A DNA stretch of 64,000 nucleotides from Utricularia gibba (lineage: Eukaryota > Plantae > Magnoliophyta). Each line of letters begins with the position of its first letter. Position 1 is the stretch's first letter. The translations under genes and the position numbers were made by a program. The notes beneath the pieces were generated by a model. It was not told the origin of the DNA. It did not search any database and saw nothing but the letters and a program-made list of their open reading frames with translations. Where the stretch lies: the NCBI GenBank assembly GCA_002189035.1, contig NEEC01000020.1, positions 868,001 through 932,000 of the forward strand, in the 5' to 3' direction. Below are positions 1-11,437 of this stretch, one piece after another.

Positions 1-499
1 TGGCATGAGAAGAAATCACATGTTGTGATTGATTATGAGCCATGTTCCTGACCAGCAAATGCTCCAATAAACTCTCCAAAGGTGCTAATCTGGTGCAAAT
101 ACTTGTGCAGCAAGAGTGGATGTGGGAAATAGATCAAATAATAAATTAAAAAATTGGTTTGGAAAATATTTTAGGAAGCTTCAACTCTTTATCATGCCAA
201 AGTTGCACTCGATGTTAATGAAAGAGCAAATGTGACAAGTTCAAAGTAATTTGGTAGCTTGGAATAAATTGATTAAGCAAACTAGAGTAGCAGATTAAAC
301 ATCCATAATGGAATAAATTGGTTAACTTTATTTTTTGATTAAACATCAATAATCTTTTTAAATTTTAATTCTAGTTATATGTTATGTGTCAATTTTGTTT
401 GAGTTTTAAGATTTTATATTGATTTTTACGTTTTGTTAATGTTTAGGTTGGAAAAAAAAGAAAACTCTTCACTTTTTTTTTTAAACAAAAAAGAAGTGA

Positions 500-1800
500 A
501 GATGAGATTGAAGAAGTTTTTATTATAAAATTATTTCTAATCATACTTCAATTGCAATAGAAAATCAAGGTAGGATAATAAAGTCGTTTTCAACAATGTT
601 GATTTAATGGTTTTCTTTGACTAGAGTATTTAAAAAATAAATAATAGGCATGTTTATTGGTTTCCTTGCTTCTTATTCAACAAGAGTGCACAAAAAGAGG
701 ACGAACTCATGTTTTCACTATATGTATTTTCTTCAATTGGAAAAACATGAGTAATAATAGGAATTATTCTTTTTTGACTCATATAGATTCTGATTCATCA
801 TCTTAGTACAATAAGATTGTAGATGATTGCCATGTTTTATTGAAACAATCTAGACACGGATTATATTATCAAAGTGCGCAATAAACAAGAAACTAAAGAC
901 AATCGTTTATGTTTACAAGTTTCAGTGTCAGCAATTAGCTAGCTTGCATTTTAAGGATGTGACTTTCGTGATCATAATATTGAAAATGGAGATAATTTTA
1001 TTGATTTGATTGAACTTCTAGTAAGCTTCAATCCTGATATTGAAAATGTTGTGTTAGAGAAAACTTTACATAATATTAAATCCATATCACCTAACACTCA
1101 AAATCAAATTTTGGGTCTTTATGCAAGTACTATTTGAAAGAACATTTTTGAGAAGATTGAAGATTGAAAGTTTTCTATTAAAGCATCTTTAGTGATTTTC
1201 GAAAATGATGACATGGTTTCCTTTATTAAGTTTTCATGAGGAAATGGAATTTACTAAAAGTGATTTCCAAAATATAGAATTTACTCAAATTAATCATTTC
1301 CGTAAAAATAAAAGTGATTTCCGGAAAGCCATGTCAGCATTTCTGGAAATCACTAAAGATGCTTTTATTGTGTATGAAATTTGTAATATTTCTAAACAAG
1401 AACAAATAACATTGATAAACAAATTTTTTGATCACCCTCAACATTTAAAAAAACTGGCATGTTATTCTTATAGAACTCTTGTTGGAAATGAAATATTGAT
1501 ATGTACATCGTATTGGCGCAGCATGATTTCAAACACCATGATGTTATCGTATGCTACATATTTATCCACAAAACCCAAATTCCATCAGTAACCTTATACG
1601 AAAAAATAAATGTAGCATATTTATCATTTTTAGGAAGGTTTAGGAAATTTTGTAGCGACTCTCCACACATGATCAGGATAACAAAAGCAGTTGTATTTGG
1701 GGAGAGTTTGCGGCATTCTGGTTCTGAAATTCAAGTTCTAATGTTAGTGAAAACTAGACGCAGAATGTTCTGTTAAAACATGTACAAAACATTGTTTTCG
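500..1800 (+). pseudogene. Degenerate hAT-superfamily transposase (ZMYM1/TTF-zinc-finger, DUF4371 type), interrupted by a MITE
   Basis: Manual translation gives RFQQC*FNGFL*LEYLKNK (~590-640), NRLCLQVSVSAIS*LAF*GCDFRDHNIENGDNFIDLIELLVSFNPDIENVVLEK...SPNTQNQIL (901-1115) and, after removing the 1181-1364 insert, KFSIIVYEICNISKQEQITL. These track the remembered plant hAT consensus (WLEYS..KDAA; RWLAFQGCAFRGHDE..NRGNFLEL; KFCIIVDE.RD.SK.EQM). Many stops; ends approximate. Confidence 0.8.
1181..1364. mobile_element. Tourist-like MITE (184 bp) with ~41-bp TIRs and TTA TSD
   Basis: AAGCATCTTTAGTGATTTTCGAAAATGATGACATGG (from 1181) is nearly the reverse complement of CCATGTCAGCATTTCTGGAAATCACTAAAGATGCTT (to 1364). 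TTA flanks both sides (1178-1180, 1365-1367). Removing it restores the hAT reading frame. Confidence 0.85.
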
Positions 1801-2779
1801 TGTCTTGTTAGAGATTGGATGAATAGGAAGTGGGTAAAAATTATTTGTATCATTTATCTATGACTTTAAAAACTGTTCTTTTATAGATGAAATTACAACA
1901 GCCAGATTCACATTTCTCACGCTTCTAACACTTGTCGAACTTTAGTATCATAAAATAACAAAGACTATGTCTTGTCTTACGCCAATGCTACGCATGATTA
2001 TGCTGCTTGTGTTGTCTGCATGCAGACACTTCCTCCCTCTCTTCATTTTGAGCTAAACCCTAAATGTTGTATGCCGCCACATATGTAATGTGTTAGCCAT
2101 TTTGGACCAAATTCATATTTGAAGTGTCGGGAGTTCGTTCTGTTCATCAGTTCTCATCGTTGAAGTTCTATCACTTCCATCATCATTTCATCTTTTTCTT
2201 TGGAAAGTAATGAATGGTGAGCCTGAGTCTGTTTAAGAGAAACACACAGTAATAACAATTTGACATTTCTCACAATACAGTAGTGAGAAGTTAACCAGAT
2301 TTCTAATACACTCCGGCTGGGAGTTTTTACCAAATCCACCAACTGTAAAAAAACCTACTTCCAAAATCACCTACTATGTGCATCTCAACTTTAATGTGTG
2401 TCAAAGCCACCCATACTACAGATTTTCTTTTTCATTTTTGAATTTCTTTTTGACAACATATTTTAATACTATTATATTTTTTACAAAAAAATAAAAATAT
2501 ATTATATTCGTTTTGCAAATATTGTAACAAATATTATTAAAATATCTTTTTTAGAATTCAAAAATTATATTAAATAAAAAAATCAAATTAAATTTTTGAA
2601 AATGTATATTTTATTTAATTATTATATATTCAAAAATATATACAATTAAACAATGGAAAAATAAATAATTTAAACAAAATGAAAAATCAAATTATATTAT
2701 ATATTCTTTTATAAATAATAAATCAAATTAAAAATCATAAATATCGTTTCATTTAACTTTTTCATGTTAATATTTTTTA

Positions 2780-3490
2780 TTTAGGTTGATCACTATAATT
2801 CATTAATTATAGTTATCAGAAATAAAAAAATATAAAGAAAACAACAATTACATATTTATGTCGATCACTACAATTTATTAATTACAGTTATTAGAAATGA
2901 AACTAATATAAAGAAAATAATAATTACATATTTCTTCCAATCACCACAATTCATCAATTACAGTTATCAGAAATAAAATTAATATAAACAAAATAATAAT
3001 TGTCTATTTCTAACGATCATTGTAATCATCAATTATAGTTACCACAAATAAAAGTAATATAAGAAAAACCATAATCGTTTATTTATGTCAATCACTATAA
3101 TTCATCAATTACAGTGATTAGAAAACATGGTGATAATAGTCTATTAAGCAAAAGTGTTCCGAACAAGCATAAAAGAGAAAATAAGAATTACTCGAGCAAT
3201 AGTTTGTATCTTTAAATTTTACGATCACCGTAATTAGCGATTACAGTTACCAGAATTGAAAGTAATATAAGGAAATGATAACCTGTTTCTACGGATCAAC
3301 GTAATCATCAGTTACTAGAGAAAATAATTATAATACTTTATTAAGCAAAACGATGATTACCTATTTCTGCGGATCATCGTAATCATCAATTACAATTCTC
3401 AGAGAATATGCTTATAGTATTCTACCAAGCAAAATGATGATTATCTATTTCTGCCGATCACCGTAATCATCAGTTACAGTTACTAGATAA
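2780..3490 (+). repeat. Left subterminal tandem array of the MULE (~55-65 bp unit, roughly 9-10 degenerate copies)
   Basis: Recurrent unit of the form GATCACTACAATTCATCAATTACAGTTATCAGAAATAAAAGTAATATAAAGAAAA. It is the reverse complement of the array at 9895-10460. Confidence 0.85.
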
Positions 3491-3540
3491 CAATAAAGCA
3501 AAAGTGCTCCTAATATGCATAATGAAATAGAAAATGAGAA

Positions 3541-5321
3541 TTACTCTACTAATGCTTTGTAATACTCCCAATCTAGATGGTCTTCATTCATTGGGGCTTG
3601 ACCAATACGAAAATCACGCACAAAGGATGACACATCAAATGCATCTATAAGTACTTCAAGAAAAGTCTTCATCTCAGCCCCTTTCATAAAAGATGAATCT
3701 TTTTTATCATCCGTGTGCTTGTAAGAGTATGGAAATGTGGCATTGTCAATCTATTTGAGAATCAGTAGACTATAATTTAAACTAAAAAAATAAAATTTAA
3801 CTTATGAAATTTTTAACTAAAATTATTACCGGATTTGTTATAGACTTGTATGATGAATCATCTACCAACAAGGTGTTATCATGTGTATACCGGCCATGAA
3901 AAGCATCATACTCCTATATTTTTCGCAACTCTTTCAGCAAAACCATACTTGCTGGCTTCTTGAGGACTCGAAGGTTTGTGGTGGCGCATTTCGTTCCATC
4001 TCATATGAATGCCAAATTTGACATCTTCTCGCCAAACATCCAATTAATGACTTGGTTTAGTTGTGCACTGTTACAAAAAGAATAACATGTAAAACATATA
4101 TATAAAAAAGATAATATAATATTTTGTATGTTACCCTCCACGTGACGACCATAGTGCAACATCAAAATGTTGCATACACCATTCCATAAACTCCCTAGCA
4201 TTTGGTCTTAGAAACACTTAAAATATAACATATGCAATAAAGTCAAGTTAATAAATTAGCAACTAACTATATGTTGCAAATGTGTGAAATACTAAATAAA
4301 TACTATACCTGCTCGCCCATAAATCCACTTATGTGGACGCCCTTTGATGGTTGATGATGAATGAAAAATAATATCATCAAAAATGCCATTGACGTCAAAT
4401 ACTACTAATTTCTGAACCGTTGGAATATGACAACTTGATTCACAGAAAGAAGGCCATTTGGATTGATATCACTTTAGTTGTTGCTTCAATGCCTCATTTT
4501 CAGATGCCAAATCATTTGTTTCATTGTCAACCGCCACATCTTCGTGTAAATTATCAACATCATTTCCACTTTGATCATCCACATTATCATCCTTCTTTGT
4601 AATCCTTTTTTTCCCACACCAAAACTTGGCTGTGCCTCAGATTCTAAAGATGGGAAGTACGATTGTAGTCAATGATCTAGTTTGTCCTTTAAAAAAAGCA
4701 ATGAATTCATCAACGACATCCCTTAGTAACATTTCAACACCTAAAAGTAAGCATAAGTAAATTAGACCAATAAAATCAAAACAATTCTTAAAAAAGAACA
4801 TAGTATAAAAAATTATTTAACGCATAAAATACATTGTGGTTTTCTAATAAGATGAGAATTTGGAAGTGTGCGTTGGAAATCATTTGGTAAATTTATACAA
4901 AACTTGTCCACCAACTATCATAGCCACTTCGTAGACCTTTCACTAATTTAATTGTAGACATACCCTTTATCACATAATTTGATGAATCCTTTATTTTACT
5001 ACACATGATCACAACAAAGAAAATAGGAAATTTTAGAGGAATGCTTTCCTCACAAGCAATGTAAACCCATGCCAATATATATGCCACTCACTTAGGAGTC
5101 AAATGTGAAAATGGAATTTGAAGGCATGTCAAAACTTGCAACATAAATAGTACCATTGGCACACGCAAGCCACATCTAAGGTGCTCAGTGGTGATAGCAA
5201 AACTCCTAGGACTAACACGTTTTGGATTATCACCAACGATCTCTTCATCCTCTTCCTTATCCCACAATTGATATTCAGCAGGAATATTGAATCGAAGCCT
5301 CAACTTTTCTGATGTGTTCAT
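3541..5321 (-). pseudogene. MULE cargo gene: Transposase_28-like N-terminal domain + acidic linker + FCP1/NIF-like (HAD) phosphatase domain; five exons, disabled by stops and one frameshift
   Basis: Exons 5321-4833, 4740-4309, 4216-4135, 4067-3830 and 3750-3541 have GT-AG boundaries and consistent phase in the phosphatase part. N-terminus: KLRLRFNIP..LRCGLRVPM..LQVLTCLQIPFSHLTPK*VAYILAWVYIA..LVKGLRSGYDSWWTSFV. Phosphatase: KLVVFDVNGIFDDII / VFLRPNAREFMEWCMQHFDVALWSSR / LLKELRKI*E..RYTHDNTLLVDDSSYKSITNP / NATFPYSY..IGQAPMNEDHLDWEYY. Stops at 5088-90, 4893-95 (with frameshift), 4637-39, 4469-71, 4001-03 and 3914-16. Confidence 0.85.
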
Positions 5322-5359
5322 CTCTGCATAAAGAACAATGAAAATGGATACTTTCAAAT

Positions 5360-5910
5360 CCATAAACTGTGATGAAAGCATTTCAGTGACTAAAATTTCA
5401 TAATAAAATAAATTTCGTATAATTTCATAGCCACACACCGTAATGAAAGCATTACAGTGACTAAAATTTCATAGCCACACACCGCAATGAAGGCATTACA
5501 ACGACTAAAATTTTACAATAAAATAAACTTCACATAGTTTTATAGTCACACATCACAATGAAAGAGATACAGTGACTAAAATGTCATAATAAAATCAACT
5601 ACACATAATTTCATGACAACACACCACAATAAAAGAGATATAGTGAATAAAATATCACAATAAAATAAATTTCTCATAATTTCATAGCCACACACCGCAA
5701 TGATTGCATTACAGTGACTAAAATTTCACAATAAAATAAATTTCGCATACTTTCAAAGCCACACACCACAATGAACATATTATAGTGATGAAAAATACAA
5801 AACAAAAAAACATCTGCATAAAGCCACGCACTGCAGTGAACGAATTACGATGACTATAAATCCAAAATATAATAAACATATGCATACTTTCAGAGCCACG
5901 CACCGCAATT
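5360..5910 (+). repeat. Internal tandem array (~70-73 bp unit, ~7-8 copies, decaying to ~6180) in the probable first intron of the cargo gene
   Basis: Unit AAAGCATTACAGTGACTAAAATTTCATAATAAAATAAATTTCGTATAATTTCATAGCCACACACCGCAATG repeats from ~5377. A minus-strand donor at 6235 (AACAG|GTATG) and an acceptor at 5324 (TATGCAG|) bracket it. Confidence 0.8.
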
Positions 5911-6494
5911 ATCGCACAATATGGTGACGATAGTAAAATAACGTTTCATATACTTAGAGATCTTTGCACATTACAGTGACCGTAATTTCAAAATGAAAAA
6001 GAGTGGGGATACTTTCAGAGCAATGCATTGTAACAAACGCATTATGGTGACTATAATTTCAAAAAAAAAGCCATCCATCCTTTTTAAAATCACTCACAAC
6101 ATTGATCAATATAATGACGAAAATTTTCAGATAAAACAAATCTTGTATGCTTTCAGATCCTTGTGAAATAGAGAACACAATACTATGACCATTAAGATAT
6201 AAAAAACATAAACAAAAATTACACATAAACCATACCTGTTCTGTGTGAAAAAACCTTTGAAATGTGAAGATTGATACGGTGGTTGAAGAAGGAAGAGAAG
6301 AATGGTGTAAATAAATTTTTGAAGTAATTAATTTGTTTTTTAAAACCCAATTTAATAAATTCAGGAAAATTGTCAGTCTATTTTATCGGGAACCGAATGA
6401 TACTTTTTCAGTCAAAGATACTATAGCACGTGATAAGTGAAAGGTGTGCGAAGTAAAATTTGACGCGATTCTTCTAAAAATAGCAGATTTACGG

Positions 6495-6554
6495 ATGGTC
6501 ACCGTATTACGGTGACCATACTTGAGGTTTAGGGTAAACCTCGTTTACCCTAAA
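6495..6554. promoter_or_regulatory. Two adjacent palindromes in the divergent promoter region of the MULE; the second is built from telo-box-like half sites
   Basis: ATGGTCACCGTA-T-TACGGTGACCAT (6495-6519) has 12-bp perfect arms. TTTAGGGTAAAC-CTC-GTTTACCCTAAA (6528-6554) has 12-bp perfect arms and runs into AAACCCTAAA. Regulatory function is inferred from position only. Confidence 0.55.
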
Positions 6555-7129
6555 CCCTAAATCCTACAAATCCATATGATTAATGTTTTGAAGATGGGAT
6601 TAAAAAATATGATCATATATTGAACATAGTTATGAATTACATATGATTTGCAACTTATTACAATTTTTTTTACATACATGAATAAGATTCAAAAAAATGT
6701 GAAATAAATGTGTATGTAGTGTTTTAGATGTAATAATGAGAATGTATTTCATTGTGAAAAATTCTTTGATTTCGATTTTTTTTACTCGAAAAATAGGAAA
6801 AATATACATATATACTTAATCACACGTTTTCAGGTTGTTAAACATAGTAAATCTTAATTAATTTGAGTAATTTTGATTATATTTTTGGATGCTCATTGGT
6901 TTCTCCATTGCGGTGTGCCGCCTATATTCCATTATTAGCAGACAACACAGACAGCTACATGTTCCAAGATCAATAAAGTCTACTGATTTGTGTTTCAATG
7001 TTTTGGACTCACATGCCTCAATCACATGACCGAATTGTTCAAATTTAAAGGCTTTTGAAAACCATTCTTTCATCCTTCTCCAAAACCTCATCTTCTTGCA
7101 ACCTCATTCTTACATATCTCTCTATTTGG

Positions 7130-9864
7130 ATGGCTTTCAGATCTTTCTCATGCAAGGTCTTCTTTGGAGATCAAATCTATAATTACGGGAATTACGTAAG
7201 TTATAGTGTGGCACCAATCCAATTTTTTCAGTCAGATGCCGATATTTCATTAGAAGAATTAAAAGCAAGGTTATATGAGATTGTTCAATTGTCTTCTTCA
7301 AGGTTCAATCTTAGATTATCAGCCCAATTTTTTGATGTTGTGACTAGAGAAACGATGTATTTGAATTTAGAGATACAGAATAACCTGGATTATCTTCATG
7401 TACCTAACCATGTTATTGCTCCGGTGGATTTATTTGTGGAATACGACCCATTTTTTTCAAAAGAACCTCACTCACAAATTAGAGACAACGGTAATGACTA
7501 TTTCTTTCTTGTAAATTTCGAAATTATATATGTTTTTTTTAATTTTATGTTATTCTATTTTCCTATAGATGAATATATGGATTATGATTTCGGTCCAGTC
7601 CAAAATATTGATGGCGATTCATTTATGTAATTCACTAATGAAAATGAGGTTCCCGATATTGATCATACTCCTCAAAACTCAAAAGGCGAAGAGAATGTGC
7701 TTGAAGGAAACGCAAGTTGTGATTCGGAATGGTTTCCTAACTTAGGTTTACATGATATAGAGGAAGAATCGAGTAATCATGGAGTATACACACATCAATA
7801 TGAATCGAGATTCAAGGAAGGTGATCTATTTGAAGATAAAGAAGATTTTCGAAGACAAGTTAGAGAATTTTCCATTGAAATTGGAAAGGAGTTCACTGTT
7901 GGTGACACTGAGCTTAGAGTCTTGGAGATGTATTGCAAATAACGTGACATTCAAAATTGTCACTGAAGGATTCGCGCAGTTCATTATAAACAATTGGGAA
8001 AATGGAAGATCTCAAAGCTTATTGAGCCTCACACATGCAAGCGGCAGGGGGCGGGATTCTTTTATCACAGAAACATCAATCATGATTATATCTCTGAGAT
8101 TGCCAAGCCATATATTGAAGTAGACATTGGGACCAAAGTGTCAACTATTATTGCAGCTGTGTTGGATAGAACTAGTTATGAAGTACCGTACAAACGTGCA
8201 TGGTATGGAATGCGAAAGGCATTTGAGAAGGTGTATGACACATGGGAGGAATCAATAAAGAAACTTCCAGCTTTCTTAAATGAAGTTGCCTTACAAAATC
8301 TAGGCACCGTAATCCAATGGAGGAATAAGGAAGATGGAGTCACATTGCACTATTACTTCTGGGCGTTTGGACCATGTATACATGCCTACCAGCACACCCG
8401 TCCGGTTATTTCAGTCGATGCAATGCACTTGTATATGACATATAGGCACAAAATGCTCATTGCGATGACCGCTCTCAATGTGGAAAGATTTTGCCGCTTG
8501 CCTTTGCCATAGTAGATGAAGAAACTAATGCTTCTTGGCTATGGTTTCTAGAGCTAGTGGGAACTTACATTGCTTTGGGAAAACCCACGTGCTTGATTTC
8601 TGATAGATGTGACTCTATTCGAAAGGCAGCAATCAGAGTTACAGCATTCAGTGAAGAATTTGGAGGATGTCATCGCTATTGCTTTCGAATTTTCGAACAA
8701 ATTTCTTTGACAGATTTAAATGTGAGCCGGTTCGAACGTTATTCCTTAAAGCATCATTCACCGGGTACGTGGAGAAATTCTATGATTATGTGGAAGAGCT
8801 TAGAATGATAAATATCGTGGCTTGGAACTACTTAATAAATGTTCCTCCCGAGGCTTGGACAATATCTCAAGATGGTGGTCGAAGATATGGAACAATGACT
8901 ACCAATCAAATTGAAGAAATGAACGGTGTTTTGAAAGGAGCACGACATCTCCCACTTATGGCATTGGCTCAGGTATGATTAATTTGTGTTGTGTTTTAAA
9001 TTTAACGAAAATTTTGTAATAACATGTAGGTTATATTTGCTCGATGCAAAAAGTATATTTCAGAAGGTTTGGAGTTGGGACTAGAGGCACAAAGGAAGAA
9101 TCAAGTCCTTTCAATACAAGCGCAACGATTGTTTGATCATTGGGACAAGTTTCATCCTTATTCAAGAGTGGAGATTTATGATCGCTACGAAATGATAGTT
9201 CATGTAATCACCCGAAGGAAAGCAAATGGGAAAGATAACGTTTGTGTGGTGTGCATCAAGGAGAGCAAATGCACGTGCTGGTAAAATTATGGAATACCAT
9301 GCTCACATGCACAACAAGTTAGACTATAATTTAATAATGTTCATTTATTCAATATGAAAGACATGTTTATTTCAGGCATGCAAGAGACTTGAAGTTGATT
9401 CAAGACAATATGTGGATCCCATACACTTACAACAACATTCGTTGAAAGCATACTAGGTCCAATTCCATCCACTTCGAACAGAGAGACATTGGCAAGCAAC
9501 AATGTCTCTCATTCATGATCCTACACGTAAAAAGGTGATTAGACATGGTCGTACACGTAGTTCACGATATAGGATGAATATGGATAGGGGAAGGAGCACA
9601 GGAAGGAGAAGTGGACATAGTGGAAGACCAAGAGTTTCACAAGATACAGCTTCACCTGCACATAGTCCACCTCAGAGCCATCGAGTATCTATTGATGTAC
9701 CATATCACCGTGATTTCGAAGGTGTTTCTCAACAACCACGATCATCTCTTCAAGAACGACCTCAGGGTATGAACACTAGTATTGATCTTCCTTGCTCGTC
9801 TACTCAACAGCCTAGGAAGCAGAAGTCACTTATGCGTAAATTTTTTGAGTCGTTTATGAAATAA
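7130..9864 (+). pseudogene. MuDR/MULE transposase (PB1-like N-terminus, MuDR DNA-binding domain, MULE catalytic domain, SWIM finger), disabled
   Basis: Motifs FKEGDLFEDKEDFRRQVREFSI..KLIEPHTC; YYFWAFGPCIHAY..RPVISVDAMHL; LPLAFAIVDEETNASWLWFL..LISDR; HRYC; SWIM-like KCTCW*NYGIPCSHA. Introns at ~7491-7568, ~8973-9029 and ~9320-9375. In-frame stops (e.g. 7628, 7940, 9282) and frameshifts near 8490 and 8680. Confidence 0.93.
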
Positions 9865-9894
9865 GGATAAATATTATCAATATGTAAAATATTA

Positions 9895-10460
9895 TTTGTC
9901 TGGTAACTGTAATTGATGAATTACAGTGATCGGCATAATTATGCAATTATCGTTTTCTTTATATTACTTTTGTTCTTGGTAACTATAATTGATGATTATA
10001 AGGATTGGAAAAAATAAACAATTTTCGTTTTGGTTACATTCATTTCTGGTAACTGTAATTGATGATTATAGGGATTGAAAAAATAAACAATTTTCGTTTT
10101 GCTTATATTACTTTCATTTCTGATAACTGTAATTGATGATTACAGGGATTGAAAAAAATAAACAATTTTCGTTTTGTTTATATTACTTTTATTTCTAGTA
10201 ACTGTAATTGATGAATTACAGTGATTGCCAGAAATAAGTAATTGTCATTTTCTTTATATTACTTTCATTTTGGGTAACTGTAATTAATGATTATAGAGAT
10301 TGAAAAAAATAAACAATTTTCGTTTTGCTTTTATTACTTTTATTTATGGTAACTGTAATTCATGATTACAGTGATTGTAAAAAATAGAGAATTATCGTAT
10401 TACTTATATTACTTTCATTTCTGGTAATTGTAATTGATGAATTGTAGTGATTGGTCAACA
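9895..10460 (-). repeat. Right subterminal tandem array of the MULE (~60-65 bp unit, ~9 copies), inverted relative to the left array
   Basis: Recurrent TTTTCGTTTTGCTTATATTACTTTCATTTCTGGTAACTGTAATTGATGA(A)TTACAG(T/G)GATTG, the reverse complement of the 2780-3490 unit. Confidence 0.85.
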
Positions 10461-11437
10461 TAAATTAACATATGTAAAATTGAAATACAATTAGCATATA
10501 GTAAAACATGAATTCTATTATTGTATTATAAAAAAAATCGACACATTATAAATATATATGTATTATAATGATTCATATAAAATATATCTTTGTATTTGTT
10601 CAAAAAAATCGAATATCTTATGGAATATTATAAATATAAATATTATATTTTGTTATTATTTTAAAATTATTGTACATTTTTAGTAACTTTAATAAATTAT
10701 TACGATGCTTGAAAATCTTGAACACTGTAATTTATATTGTAGTCATCAATTTCAATATAAATTATTATATATAAAATTTGTTTTCATTAATCGAAATATA
10801 ATTATAATATATAGGAAAACATGATTTATATTATTATATGTTCAAAAATAATGATACATATAATATATATGTATTATATTTATAATTTAAAAAAAACGTA
10901 AATATCTTGATGAATATTAGAAATATAAATATGTGTATTTTTTATTTTAAAATTATACAATTATAATTATGAGTAATTTTTTAAAAATATTTTATTAATT
11001 AATTAGTTTGAATGACATAAACAGTGTTTTAAAAAAAATTTGACATATTTATAACAGAAATTATATTATTTAAATGTATATATTTATTATATTTAAATGT
11101 ATACAATATCTAAAAATAAAAATAATTCAAAAAAGAAAAGAAAAAATTAGGATGAATGGTTTTATACAAATAATACACACAATGGATGATTTTGGAATTC
11201 ATTTTTTTGCAGTGGTTGGTTTTGAAAATCACCCCTCCGACTGGCCGGTTGGCCGGTTTACAGAAACTGGCAGTTCAGCAACAGCACTTTAACACATATG
11301 TTCACATTTCACAGCAACCAACATACAGGTACGTCGCTTGATTTGGAGCAGCTGCAAATTAAGATCTCACCAGGCAACAAGGGTGATGCTTGCTGCTTTG
11401 CTCCTCCTTTTGCCCCATCTGATTCCCCGCCTCATCA

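Larger units (their letters stand above)
2321..11234 (+). mobile_element. Full-length (8914 bp) TIR Mutator-like element (MULE), inactivated, carrying a MuDR transposase and a divergent cargo gene
   Basis: The left end GAGTTTTTACCAAATCCACCAACTGTAAAAAAA..TTCCAAAATCA aligns ungapped to the reverse complement of the right end GGGTGATTTTCAAAACCAACCACTGCAAAAAAA..TTCCAAAATCA. Direct repeats CTCCGGCTGG (2311-2320) and CTCCGACTGG (11235-11244) give a 10-bp TSD with 1 mismatch, in the MULE size range. A MuDR transposase lies inside. Confidence 0.9.

Noticed and set aside
1205-1776. ORFs of 128 and 91 aa as independent genes
   Set aside because: They are chimeras of the MITE and frameshifted hAT transposase remnants.
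9502-9864. 120-aa basic/Ser-rich ORF as a separate mudrB-like gene
   Set aside because: It is on the same strand and follows the SWIM exon after a premature stop, so it is best explained as the transposase C-terminal tail.
2780-10460. Regularly spaced repeats that superficially resemble a CRISPR array
   Set aside because: Whole units repeat with no unique spacers, there are no cas genes, and the context is a eukaryotic transposon. They are tandem arrays.
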